Assembly (NCBI GenBank): GCA_951406725.2
Contig: OX597817.1
Coordinates: forward strand, 47,244,001 to 47,308,000
Reading direction: 5' to 3'
DNA length: 64,000 nt
Source: Octopus vulgaris
Lineage: Eukaryota
The position numbers and the translations under genes were made by a program. Position 1 is the stretch's first letter. Every line of letters starts with the position of its first letter. Under the pieces are notes generated by a model. It searched no databases, was not told the DNA's origin, and saw only the letters and a list, made by a program, of their open reading frames with translations. This document shows positions 40,742-53,776 of this stretch, one piece after another.

Positions 40742-42102
40742 GATCATCATTATTATCATTGTTATTAATTGGTTTTATTTTTCTAAATAGAAACATGGAA
40801 ACAATTTCAATTTAACATTGTCTTTTAATTACAGTTTGCGATCTTATGAATGTATTCATCAATAGCTTTAGAAATTTCTAAAGATTCTTATAATTATAAA
40901 AGAAATCCTCATCACTGTCATCATCGTCAACATCGTCGTCGTCATCATAATCATCATCATTGACTTTGCCATTGTTACTGATGGCAAGATCTTTGGCATC
41001 CCTGCGCAACATTTCTGGCAAGTAAATAAACATGGTTGATGATGGAACCTGAATGCAATTGCTTGACCTGCTAGAAATAACAGCCATGTTTTCCTTAATT
41101 ACATCCTACAAGATTTAAAATGGAAACATTAGATGATGTAGTCCAACGTACACTACAAAGGACAATATGGGGTTGTTTTGGCTAAAATCTTGTTGGTCAT
41201 GTGTCTGCTCAATTAGGGCCGTGTTGCCCCGAAATAATAACAACAACTTTGCTAATTATCTTCAAGTTGCAGGCACAGGTTGGAGGCAGGCATGGTTGTG
41301 TAGTTAAGAAGTTTATTTTGCAACCAAATGATTTCAGGTTCAGTTCCACAGTGTGGCACCTTGAGTGAGAGTCTTCTACTGTGAGTAAATTTGACAAACA
41401 GATACGGTAAAAGCCCACTGCGTGTATGTGTGTTTGTGTGCATGCATGCATGAGTGTGTTGGTGTGTTAATGTTCCTGTAACTTAGCAGTTCAGCAAAAG
41501 AGAATAATAGAATAAGTTTCAGGCTTCAAAAACTAAAAGTGCTGGGGGGTGATTAGTTTAACTAAAATTCTTGAAGGTTGTGCCCTAGAATGGCCACAAA
41601 CAAATAAAAGAATAAAAGAATAAAAAGTTCTGCCAGACCATTTCCCTGAACTTCTCTTTGAAGTTTTTCTTAAAGAATTTCAAATCTAATCCTTGCCATG
41701 CAAAATTACTATTTGTAAATCTCACAACGAGATTATAGCAACATTCATCCTAAACCAGGACTGCTGATGAAGAGCAATAACCCAGAAATCATGATATACA
41801 GATATTATTTTGAGCTGAGTGGGGGTGCTAGATTCCCTTGTTTGAAAATATAAGGACACAGATCATGTTGGAGACAAGGTCTCCTGGGGCTAAATTACAG
41901 CAACATTAGTCCTAAACCAGGACTGCCAGGTTATGCTGGCAAATAATCTTTACTCCATAACCCTTGCCATGTTGATCTAAAAAGTACTGGGAAAGTCTGC
42001 ATATCTCATGGAATCTGCATCTTCATCCTCTTCTCAGTAATAATTTTTTAAAAATTGTTGGTCTCATTATCTTTGCTTTGGTTGCTTTTATTCCATTATA
42101 TA

Positions 42103-42152
<50 letters not shown>

Positions 42153-42194
42153 TAAATGAAAGAATGGAGTCGAACGAAGATGTTAACAAAATTC

Positions 42195-42282
42195 CTTTAC
42201 TCTCGACATATGTTTCAAAGACAGCATGTTTTCATTCCAAAGGAATAAAGGGTGCATTATGCAATCTTCTCATCAGGAAGAT
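42195..42282 (-). ncRNA. Candidate minimal type-I hammerhead ribozyme (left arm)
   Basis: CUGAUGA core, stem II GAAGAUUGCAU/AUGCUGUCUUU, GAAAC-AUAU-GUC with a palindromic stem-III loop; stem I is weak. Confidence 0.55.
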
Positions 42283-42447
42283 GTTCACTACCTATTCCCT
42301 ACCTATTATTCCTTTAACCCTTCTCTTCCTACAATCTATCTTTGACGTCAATTCTTCTCACAGTTTTTTTTTAAAAACACTCATTATCGTTTTGTTTACC
42401 ATGTAGGCAGTCATCGTAATTTTTGTTTGTCTTGTCGAGAGAGGCTC

Positions 42448-42540
42448 CCTTTCTTTCCTGAAGAGAAGATTGCATAATGCACCCTTTATTCCTTTGGAAT
42501 GAAAACATGCTGTCTTCGAAAAATATGTCGAGAGTAAAGG
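42448..42540 (+). ncRNA. Candidate minimal type-I hammerhead ribozyme (right arm)
   Basis: CUGAAGA at 42458-42464, stem II gaagattgcat/atgctgtcttc, GAAA-a-AUAU-GUC (stem-III C replaced by A), stem I cctttctttc/gagagtaaagg. Confidence 0.55.
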
Positions 42541-42732
42541 AATTTTGTTAACATCTTCGTTCGACTCCATTCTTTCATTTATTCATATACAACACACAAA
42601 TTTCTGCACATGAACCCGGAGTTTCTACCCTTGGACAGGTCGCTTCAACTGCGTTTCTGATGTGAATTTGCTACCCAGGTTTCGGTTAAACGAATTTTCC
42701 ATGCTGACGATAAACATAGGATAATTAATTCA

Positions 42733-42778
<46 letters not shown>

Positions 42779-43823
42779 TATATATATTCCATGCTGACAT
42801 GAACTGGATAGTTTGACTGAGGTCTGGAGAGCCAGCAGCTGCATCAGGTTCCAATCTGACCTAGCAATGTTTCTACAGCTGGATGCCCTTCCTAATGCCA
42901 ACCACTCCAAGAGTGTAGTGGGTGCTTTTTACATGACACTGGCACAGGAGCCAGTCAGGCAGGCCCAGCATTGGACACGTTTGGATAGTGCTTTTTACAT
43001 GCCACCAGCACAGTGGCCAGCAGGCAGTACTGTTAATGATCATGCTCAAAAGGTGTTTTTTACATGCCACCTGCATGGATGATTTAGTGATTCACTAATA
43101 TTTATACACAAAAAGAGTATTCAACAGTTTTGGGGGTTTACTGAAGAGTGGGAGTCATCGTCATTGGTCAGGTTTGGATGGTGCTTTTTACATGCCACAG
43201 GCATGGGAGCCAGTCAGGAGGCACTGGCATCGGCCAGGTTTGGATGGTGCTTATTATGTGCCACCAGCATGGAAGCCAGCAGACAGGCCAGGCATCGACC
43301 ATGTTCAGATGGTTCTTGTTATGTGCCACCAGCACAGGAGCCAGTTAGGGGGCACTGGTCACAGCTACGATATTAAGCAGGTTGCAATAACCCTCCAAAA
43401 AGGAGAATTATATTTGTCATTAAATGTGACTAGGGTGTTAAAAGACACCTACATTGCTAGAAATAAGAGCTAAACCACTCTAATACTGTAGTTAACACAC
43501 CTGAATGAAAACATATACTCTAACATAACAGGGACCATAATTGTCCAAAAACATGCCAACATCTTAAGACTGACATCATTTTCGGCAATTTCCATTGCCT
43601 CATCTCTTAAGCCAGCACAGTGTTTGGCTTCTTCCGGATCCATTTCTCTATTAGTATTTATGGTTTTATCATCCAAGTTAAAGGATGATTTGGCGATTCA
43701 CTAATATTTATACACAAAATTAATATAAACAAGAGAGAATTATAATTGTCGCTAAATGTGACTAGGATGTTAAAAAACATCTACATTGCTAGAAATGTAT
43801 GTATGTATGTATGTATGACTGCA

Positions 43824-43854
<31 letters not shown>

Positions 43855-43927
43855 ATGACTATGTATGTGTGTATGTATGTATGTATGTGTGTGTGTGTAT
43901 GTATGTATATATGTATGTATGCATGCA

Positions 43928-43958
<31 letters not shown>

Positions 43959-44539
43959 GTGTGCATGCATGCATGCATATATGTATATAAGTATAAATAT
44001 ATGTATCATCATCATCATCATTTAATGCTTGCTTTCCATGCTGGTATGGGTTTGATGGTTTGACAGGAACTGGTAAGGCCCAGTGTTGCACCAGGCTCCA
44101 ATTGTCTGTTCTGGCATGGTTTCTGTGGCCGGATGCCCTTCCTAATGACCAACTCTCCACAGAGTGTACGGGATGCTTTTTATGTGGCACCAACACCAGT
44201 GCTTTTAACACGACACCAGCATCAGTGCTTTGTATGCAACACCTGCATCAGTGCTTTTCAAGTGGCCCCAGCACAAGTAGCAATTCTGCTGTGGAAGATA
44301 TATTTCTTTATTGCCCACAGAGGGCTAAACATAGAGGGGACAAATAAGGAGAGACAGGAGAATAAGTCGATTATATCGACCCCAGTGCGTAACTGGTACT
44401 TATTTAATCAACCCTGAAAGGATGAAAGGCAAAGTTGACCTCGGCGGAATTTGAACTCAGAACGTAAAGACAGACAAAATACTGCTAAGCCTTTCGCCCA
44501 GCGCGCTAACGTTTCTGCCAGCTCGCCGCCTGGAAGATA

Positions 44540-44968
44540 GATCTCCTTGAATACAGCAAAGCACTAGACATCTCGGTCCATTGTCATCTCCTTTGTAAGG
44601 CTCAGTGCCTTGGAACTGGCTTTTAATACTTCGTTCCATCTCTTCCTGTGTCTCCCTCTCCTACAAATTCTGTCCACTTTAAGGGATCAGCACTCCAGTA
44701 TGCAACTGTCTATAACCATATGCCTCACATAACCAAACCAGGACATCATCATCATTGTTCGACCGTGGTCGAGACAATGGAATTTACTATGTTACACCAG
44801 ACTTCACGGTCCATCATAGCATTACGGAGGTCCTGTTGCTGGATGCCTGTATCCCTGGACATTACATCAGGGTAGGAGAGTATCGCGAGCAGATGACTTC
44901 CAGAGGAGAAGAGTAGAAATTATCTCATTTTCAGCTCTACAACAATGTCCAGCAAACTGGACTCTTCT
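44540..44968 (-). mobile_element. Two adjacent RTE-type LINE 3' ends
   Basis: 44540-44740 encodes an R-G-R-x-R-K-R-W-N-E-V motif. 44744-44968 encodes RVQFAGHCCRAENEIISTLLLWK..YPDVMSRDTGIQQQDLRNAMMDREVW with an (ATG)n tail. Confidence 0.8.
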
Positions 44969-46836
44969 ACCTTTCACAAGAGATGATACAGGTGGTAGTT
45001 TACCATATATTTGTATTTTGTGTCCCCTACACACAAAATCTAATTCCTTTTAAGCCCAACTTTTCTGTCAATATACTGGCACTCTGTCGCACATGTGCAC
45101 TTACCCAAGGTGCCATGCAGTGAAATGAAACTCCAATCCATACCTTTGCAAAGCAAGCTTCTTAATCACATAGCCTTTACCTGCACCTTGAAAACTTTCA
45201 AAATTTCTGTAATTAATTAATTATCCTTGGAATTAATTTCATGAATGCCAGAGAGCGGCTCCTTACTATCAAGCAAAATAGCAGAAATAATGATAAATAG
45301 TTGACAGAAGAGTAAATGGGAACATGCATGTGAATTTAATGATTGGAGTAACGGTTTGGTTGTGCATACATTGATCCTTGGTCTGAGTGATATCTCATTA
45401 ATTTCACACGCTCTAGGAAACTAATCATGTTAATCTAGCAAAAACATGTAATCAGTGTAGAAAGAGCTGAGACCCGAATAATACTAACAATACACAGACA
45501 TGGCAGTGTGGTTAGGAAGCCAATTTGGCAACCATGTGGTTTTAGGTTCAGGCCTGCTATGCAGCACCTTGGACAACGGTCTTCTACTATAGCTCTGGGC
45601 CAACAACTGCCAGGTGAGTGAATTTCAAAGGCAGCTAGCTGGCAGAAATGTAAGCATGCCAAGCGAAATGCGTAGCCGTATTTCGTCTGTCGTTACGTTC
45701 TGAGTTCAAATTCCGCCGAGGTCGATTTTGCCTTTCATCCTTTCGGGGTCGATTAAATAAGTACCAGTTATGCACTAGGGTTGATATAATCAGCTTAATC
45801 CGTTTGTCTGTCCTTGTTTATCCACTCTATGTTTAGCCCCTTGTGGGTAGTAAAGAAATAGGTATTTCGTCTATCTTTATATTCTGAGTTCAAATTCTGC
45901 CGAGGTCGACTTTGCCTTTCATCCTTTTGGGGTCGATTATATAAGTACCAGTTATGCACTGGAGTTGATATAATCGCTTTAATCCATTTGTTTGTCCTCT
46001 CTGTGTTTAGCCCCTTGTGGGTAGTAAAGAAATAGGTGAGTGAATTTAGTAAAAATAGTGAAAAGGAACTGTGTGAAAGTGGGACTGAACCAAAGGCCAC
46101 ATGGTTGGGAAGCACACTTCTTAACCACATGTGCAAGTGAGAGGATCGCGCTGGTTTGGTCATGTGATGTAGATGGAAAGTCAATAGCTCCATAAAGAAG
46201 AACCAATCTCTTTTACTTGTTTCAGTCATTTGACTGTGGCCATGCTGGAGCACTGCCTTTAGTCGAGCAAATCAACCCCAGGACTTATTCTTTGTAAGCC
46301 TAGTACTTATTCTATCGGTCTCTTTTACCAAACCGCTAAGTTACAGGTACGTAAACACACCAGCATCGGTTGTCAAGCGATGTTGGGGGTGGGGGACAAA
46401 CACAGACACACAAACATACGCACTAGGAAATAAAACCAGGCCACAGATTTAGTCTTGCTAGAGTTTATCTTTACGCCCACTAAATATACTAATTGTTTGC
46501 AATGAGATACAAAGGAAGCTCTACAAAAGAGGACATGTGGTTACTTGAATTAGCTCCCATATATTTCTGAGGCTTACTTTTATCAACCCTAAATAAACTA
46601 TACAGCTAATGAGATGATTGAGTGCAGCTGTTTGGATGCCGACAATTTGGCACAACTGACTGGACATTCAGCCTATTTTGGCAACAGCACGTTTTGGTGC
46701 TGGAGGCAAGCTCACACATACACACATGTGAAGAAATATACACATAGGGAGAGAGAGAGAGAGAGAGGCATTGATTACAATTTATTAATTGAACATGATT
46801 GGCATAAATGCTTTCTCTCTGCTCACACACAAAGAC

Positions 46837-46867
<31 letters not shown>

Positions 46868-47619
46868 GTGGAAGACAGAAGCATTCAAATGTTTGATGTC
46901 AGATAAGCCAGCATTGGATCAATGACGCCAAATAGATGGCACCAAAACAACTGTGCTAAAACATTTCCTACCCATGTAAAGTAGGGGCCCAACAGGATTC
47001 AATTCTGGAAGGCAGACGGACGACCCTGAAAAACCGTCATCCACTTATTAGCTTCCAAACTGGCGTAACTCCTGAAAGTACCGAAATTCCACATCTAACA
47101 GATTTTGTCGCAACATTAAAAAATGTTGGTAACACTTATTGACATGTCTCATCACAAATATTTATCCAAGTTTATTTTTATACATACACATTTCCATTTG
47201 TTCGCAAACATGCACATACATGTATAATAGGTTAATCCTTTATTTTACATTATTGTAGATTATGTATTAAAAATTGTTATTTTTCTTGTTAGTTTGTGTT
47301 TGGGCTGCTGTATTAGTGATAGAACTTACGTTTGAGGTGTGGTGGTGAGGGATGTTATTCTAGTCATATTTCCCCTTCAGGGTTCAAATACCACGTCTAG
47401 TATGTGTATTAACTGTGTAACTTGTCATAGTATCGTATCGTGCAGAAATGCAGAAACGATTGTTTTAATTTACTGTTGTTTATCTAACAAATATGTTTAC
47501 GTCTGACTTATTACAGGAGTACTGATGTTGGTTCCTTTTCGATGTATTTACATATGTGTTCTATTCTTTCACCCAAAACAACCCGAGAGTGACATCAGTG
47601 ATCACAAAGCTTAAGAAAT

Positions 47620-48430
47620 ATTCCACTTTAGACTATTAAAACTGCTGACCAATTTCCTGCTTTCAGATATTGACAAAATTATTGTACAAACTGACAAAAT
47701 ATAAGAAAAGTAAATGTATTCTTGTATTATCAAATTTACTGGGAAATTTTAAGTGCATTTATCCATTATGGTATAGTTTCCAGGAAAACCATTTAAAATG
47801 CTATATTTCAAACCAAGATAATGAAAACAGTTTTAAGGTTCTTGCTTATGGTTACTTTGCATGAGGTGTTTTAAAATTCTAAGCACCATAGATCATGACT
47901 TTCTCTTGCTCAAACTAATAAAGGATCTACATTTTCTACAGCTCAGTTGAGATTCTTCTTGATAAACTCTATAATTGTCTCCATCATTGGGTTTGCGTCT
48001 TATAGCAAACCACTTAACAGATGCGTTCCACAGGGATTGGTTCTTGGACTACTCTTGTTTAAACTTTATATCAATAACCTTCATTTTGCAGGGAAATTCT
48101 GTAACAAACATCATTCCGCAGATGACACGATCTATTACTCTTGGATAAGTCTCAAATCTATTATAAAAAGAATTAGCAAAGCTCTTAAACTACTATGCCA
48201 TTAGTTAAATGGAATAAAATTTCCCTAAATGTGAGCAAAACAGAATCTATCTTATTTCATGACTGGTCTACTGCTATAAATTATCATTTGAACATAAAAA
48301 TCAATGGTAAGAAATTACACCCTACTATCAAATATCTGACAATCTTTCTGAATATAAACTGCATATAAATGTTATGTCTCTAGAATTTTCCAAAGTTAAC
48401 TGGTGCACTTGCCAAGTCTAGACAGTATCT
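47620..48430 (+). pseudogene. Decayed CR1/L2-group reverse transcriptase
   Basis: Degenerate motifs in the correct order: NC*PIS..DIDKII, TIDHDFLLLKL, CVPQGLVLGLLLFKLYINNL, HHSADDT, ISLNVSKTE. Confidence 0.85.
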
Positions 48431-48898
48431 GATCGCTAACTTATTTTCTTACTGTCTATTTAAACTTTGTTCTCGCTCTAATATAAATATTATTCTTTTA
48501 TTGTTTTTTTTTTTAACTCAACTTCGATTATCATCACTGTATTTTTACAAGTACTTTGAAAAGTAGACTACTGTGTGTAAATTGCACTAAGAATAACAAT
48601 GCATTTCAAAACAAAAATTATGACCTTATAATATTACAGAGACAATAGTAAACATTGTCATATAAATTTAATTATAGTAACATGACTACACCGAAGGATA
48701 AGCAGCTGCACAATACTACACTAAGTGCAGCCAGCGGTCACTTGCAAATGATCGTGGCTGGGTAACATGGATAAATGCTTTCTCTAACTGCTTTAGGTGC
48801 CTTGAGGAGACTTGGACAATTTTGTGGTTCCATCACCATTGGAATATCTAAGTGGAATATCCAAGATGTGACAGATGGAGGGTGAGCCATACTAGTAA

Positions 48899-49113
48899 CC
48901 CTTTCGTTACTGTATTTATTTTGAGATGCTCTGTGCATCTTTCAATTAATTTTAAGCATAACAATGAATTTAGTAAAATAACTTAGTTATCATTAAGCTA
49001 GTGTTAGGAGCATAAATTGTGACTAAGGTTTTATGGAAGAATTTAATTCAAAACTTATGAAAAAAAGACATTTGTACGCAGAGCCAGTTTCAATCAGGTT
49101 AGTAACAAAAGGG
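48899..49113. mobile_element. piggyBac-type MITE (215 bp)
   Basis: TIRs ccctttcgttact and agtaacaaaaggg, flanked by gtaa and ttaa; near-identical to 63074-63294. Confidence 0.85.
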
Positions 49114-49669
49114 TTAACAGCAGAGAAGAACTGGGCCAACATGAAGTAGAGTAACTTGCTCAAGAACACAAAAAGCTGACTGGTTCAAGAACTGAACCCA
49201 CAACCTTAGAATCATGAGCTATGCACCTTCATATAATATTACAATAATCTCTTCAATATCCTGCCATAGTGAGTTGAGATTAATTGAATGAGGGCCTAAA
49301 ACCACAAAAACTCCTTTCTATCAATCAGAACACAATGGTAATACTCAGAAGAGCAGAATCCAATATCTTCTAACCATGTTCCTTCTTATTACCTCATACT
49401 TTGAACTCATATCTTTCTCTCTCTTCTCTTTGCAAATGAGGAAGTCATGAGTTCACCTCTTCAGCAAGACACTTGACCCTGTCCCTCTTTCATACTTTTG
49501 TATCCCTCAATACGATACATGACTGTGTTGAGGGATTTGGCCTTGTGAGTACTTGGAAACCTCACCAATGCTGGTGCCACATAAAAAAAAAAGCATCCAG
49601 TACACTCTGTAAGTGGTTAGCAGCAGGAAGGGTATCTGGTTGCTGAAACCATGACAACGCAGACATTAA

Positions 49670-49865
49670 CTATTTAGTATATACATTATTCTCTCAGAAG
49701 TAACACTAATTTATTTATATTGTTTTGAATTAATCATGCATTATTTTGTAGCTTTGAGATTTTGATGAGGTAACTGTTAATTTTTAGAATAATGTTATAG
49801 GGTTAGGGTGAGGGGGTAAGACCTGGCTACCTTGGCCAGATATGGTCAGTTTAATCGCTAAAGGG
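49670..49865. mobile_element. Second piggyBac-type MITE family, inserted into an RTE 3' UTR
   Basis: TTAA on both sides (49666 and 49866); right end gctaaaggg; RTE UTR sequence continues across the insertion. Confidence 0.65.
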
Positions 49866-50009
49866 TTAAAGCTCAGTGCGGCCCTCTGGCTCACTGGTTC
49901 CTGTCGGACCATCCAGCCCATGCCAGCATGGAAAAAGGGATGTTAAATGATGATGATGATGACAGCGATGACAATGATAATGATGACTCAACAGATTTAG
50001 AATTCTAGC

Positions 50010-50505
50010 TGTAACCTACACCAGTGTCACATAGCCAGCACACTCAAAAGTAACTTGGATTGTAGGGCGACATGCCATGCTTGAGGAGACCTATTGAGTG
50101 AAGTACATCAACATTAACAGCAATATCAAAATCAAATCAAATGGAAATTGTAGCTGTGACCCCCATGCCGGTAGCATGTGAAAAGCACCATCTGAATGTG
50201 GCTGATGCCAGTGCCACTTTGACTGGCTTCTGTGCTGGTGTCACGTAAAAAGCATCCGATCATGGTCGATGCCAGCTGCTCTGGCACCTGTGCCGGTGGC
50301 ATGTAAAAAGCACCCACAACACTCTCAGTGTGGTTGACATTAGGAAGAGCATCCAGCTGGAGAAACACTGCCAGATCAGATTGGGGCCTGGTGTAGCCTC
50401 CTGGCTTCCCAGACCCCAGTCGAACTGTCCAACCCATGCCGGCATGGAAAATGGACATTAAACGTTGATGATGATGCTGATGATGATGATGATGATGATG
50501 ATGAT
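50010..50505 (+). mobile_element. RTE LINE 3' UTR
   Basis: Same terminal sequence and (GAT)n tail as 62293-62997. Further copies at about 25945, 39255, 39500, 42790, 44005, 51062, 52748, 53101 and 56246. Confidence 0.85.
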
Positions 50506-51027
50506 TGAAAAAGAGCGATTTGATGTTGACTAAGGTTTGAGGATAACAGGAAACAAGATGATAAAACTTGATAATTGATATCCCATTTTTGATATTAAGC
50601 AGGACCTCTGACAAACACATCTAAATTTCAGTAATCAGATGAGGCACTTGGCAATTCACAGATATTAAGTTTGAATTGTTGAGATCAAATTATAAGATTT
50701 ATGAAAGAAGTAAACAAAATGAATTCAACAACTTATTGACTGAAAAACTGAATACCAATACACTGCAACAAGTTTATGTGTGGGAGAAGGGAAGAAAAAC
50801 AAAAGGCTGTTTGTTTAACATCTGTTTTTCCATGTAAGCAGGCATTAGACAAGTGGTTCTCATCCAGAGACCATGTAAGGTTTCCTTTTATTAAAATTTG
50901 GAGCAATAAGTTGCTTAAGAGAGTGGCTGTGTGGTAAGAAGTTTGTTTTTCAACCACATGGTTCCGGGTTCAGTTTTATTGTGTGGCACCTTCGGCAAGT
51001 GTCTTCCATTATAGCTTCGGGCTGACC

Positions 51028-51058
<31 letters not shown>

Positions 51059-51430
51059 CGTGTCGTATGTAAAAAGCACCATCCAAACATGACCGATGCC
51101 AGGACCACCTGACTGGCACTTGTGCCAGTGACACATAAAAAGCACCATCCGAATGTGGCCAATGCCACTACCTTCTAACTGGCTCCTGTACCAGTAGCAC
51201 GTGAAAAGGACCCACTACACTCTCGGAGTGGTTGGCATTAGGTTGGGCATCCAGCTGCAGAACCGTGCAGCCACTGGCTCTCCTAACCTCAGTCAAACTG
51301 TCCAATCCATGCCAGCATGGAAAATGGATGTTAAACGATGATGATGATAATAATGATGATATATAATCGATGATAGTCAATTTGTTTGTTGATCAAGAAC
51401 TTTCTTCATTTTCTTCTTAATATATACTCT

Positions 51431-51639
51431 TTCTCTTTTACTTGTTTCAGTCATTTGACTGCAGCCATGCTGGAGCACTGCCTGTAGTCGAGCAAATCGA
51501 CCCCGGGACTTATTCTTTGTAAGCCCAGGACTTATTCTATCGGTCTCTTTTACCGAACCGCTAAGTGACAGGGACGTAAACACACCAGCATCGGTTGTCA
51601 AGCAATGCTAGGGGGACAAACACAGACACACAAACACAT

Positions 51640-51690
<51 letters not shown>

Positions 51691-51862
51691 TATATACGAC
51701 AGGCTTCTTTCAGTTTCCGTCTACCAAATCCATTCACGAGGTATTGGTCGGCCCGGGGCTATAGCAGAAGACACTTGCCCAAGATGCCACGCAGTGGGAC
51801 TGAACCCGGAACCATGTGGTTGGTTAGCAAGCTACTTACCACACAGCCACTCCTGCGCCTAT
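51431..51862 (-). mobile_element. Full-length family-1 CORE-type SINE
   Basis: Reverse complement of the complete element, apparently little diverged (many CpGs retained). Confidence 0.9.
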
Positions 51863-51907
51863 ATATATATATACACACACACACAGACATATATATACAC
51901 ACACACA

Positions 51908-52127
51908 AAGTAATCCCTTGCTATATTGTAGTTCACTATCATGGTTTATTATTTCAGCTTCCATTGATTCGACCATGGTGTTGTTTTGCATTTATAACAA
52001 AATAAATATATACAAATTATAAAAATGATAAAAAAAAAACTATATACATTACAGGGCTGTTTCTACTTCACAGATTTTCACCTATCAAGAGAATTTTGGA
52101 ACTTAACACTCATGCCAGTTGAGGGAT

Positions 52128-52133
<6 letters not shown>
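51908..52133. mobile_element. Tigger/pogo-type MITE
   Basis: Terminal inverted agtaatccct and agggattact, adjoining (TA)n. Confidence 0.65.
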
Positions 52134-52178
<45 letters not shown>

Positions 52179-53776
52179 ATAAATGTTTTATACATAAAGA
52201 ACGTGAAATACAGGAAGGGACAAACACGGAACACAGACAAATCATTCGAAGCCTTCAATCTTCAGTCAGACACCGAATCATCATAGCAAATTTCGGCTGT
52301 TCAATTCTGATATTTGCTCCAACTCGGCCAGCCCCAAGAAAAAAACTAAGCTGTAAGCATTAGATTTCTTGGTAGAAGACAGGAATGTGAATGCACGAGA
52401 CGGATGTAAATACGAGAGACGAAAACGAAATTGAAAACGGTAACGGTTAAACAAAATATAATATAACGGTGGTTGTCATACGACTTTAGACCAAATGAGA
52501 CAAAAACAACAAACATAGCAGCAGGCGTAGAAATAATTACCTTTTCGGTAGAGGGGACAAATACAGATGTTAGCGAGATACGATCGCCAACGAAATGGTG
52601 GAGAAGCAGCAGGTTGTATATATATATATACCAGAGTAAGCACGTAAATGTGAAACAAGGTGGGAACAAATAGTACTCAAATACCTTTCTTCCTCACACC
52701 ACTTCTTTTCTTCCTACCACCACTTCTTATTCTGATTTTTCAAAGTTGTCATCATCATCATCATCATCATCATCGTTTAGCATCCGCTTTCCATGCTGGC
52801 ATGGGTTGGACGGTGCAACTGGGGTCTGGGAAGCCAGAAGGCTGCACCAGGCTCAGTCTGATCTGGCAATTTTTCTACAGCTGGATGCCCTTCCTAACGC
52901 CAACCACTCCATGAGTGTAGTGGGTGCTTTTTACGTGCCAGACGAGGCTGGCAAACGGCCACGATCGGATGATGCTTTTTACGTGCCACCGGCACGGAAA
53001 CGCACAGAGACGTATGATGTGTATGTGTGCGTGTATGTATGTATGTATGTATACACATTAGTATATATATTCACATCTATATTTTGCCTGTATATATTTG
53101 TATCATCATCATCATCATCATCGTTTAACGTCCGCTTTCCATGCTAGCATGGGTTGGACGGTTCAACTGGGGTCTGGGGAGCCCGAAGGCTGCACCAGGC
53201 CAGTCAGATCTGGCAGTGTTTCTACAGCTGGATGCCCTTCCTAACGCCAACCACTCCGAGAGTGTATATATGTATGTATGCCTGTATCAATGTTTTTATA
53301 TTTAGTGTATTTAGTGTATAAGTTTTTCCGTGTGTGTGTGTATAAGTGAATGTTTGTTATGCATGTGTATGTGTGTTTAAATTTTTATACTGTTAGATCT
53401 CTGTAGGTGAATATTTTATTGTTATAAACAGACTTATATTTTATTTTAATTAAAGTTTTTACCATTAATCAATTTACTCTGGGTATATATGTTTTTTCGT
53501 TCTATGTTAATTTTTGATTTAAGGTTTTCTTCGATTTTACATAATATGATTTTTAATTCTTTTGATTTTAATTTTATGTATATCACCATTTATTAAAAAT
53601 AACTGTTAGTCGAAAAGACCAATGAAACGCAACCAATTTCAAATGTGTGTCTGTCAATGTAAATTGTATATTTACACATACAACCTTAATTTTTTGTTCC
53701 ATTCTCAATCATGAAACTCTGAATAGCAGTTTTTAGTGATATTTTTGCAGCTTTAATAATAAAGTTTATATATATA

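Larger units (their letters stand above)
42145..42735. mobile_element. Penelope-like remnant with a 135-bp inverted repeat, each arm containing a hammerhead motif
   Basis: Arms 42145-42279 and 42455-42589 differ at 3 positions; (TA)n on both sides. Confidence 0.8.

Noticed and set aside
42164-42570. Two ORFs with identical N-termini on opposite strands (MESNEDVNKIPLLSTY..)
   Set aside because: A consequence of the 135-bp inverted repeat; there is no evidence of coding.
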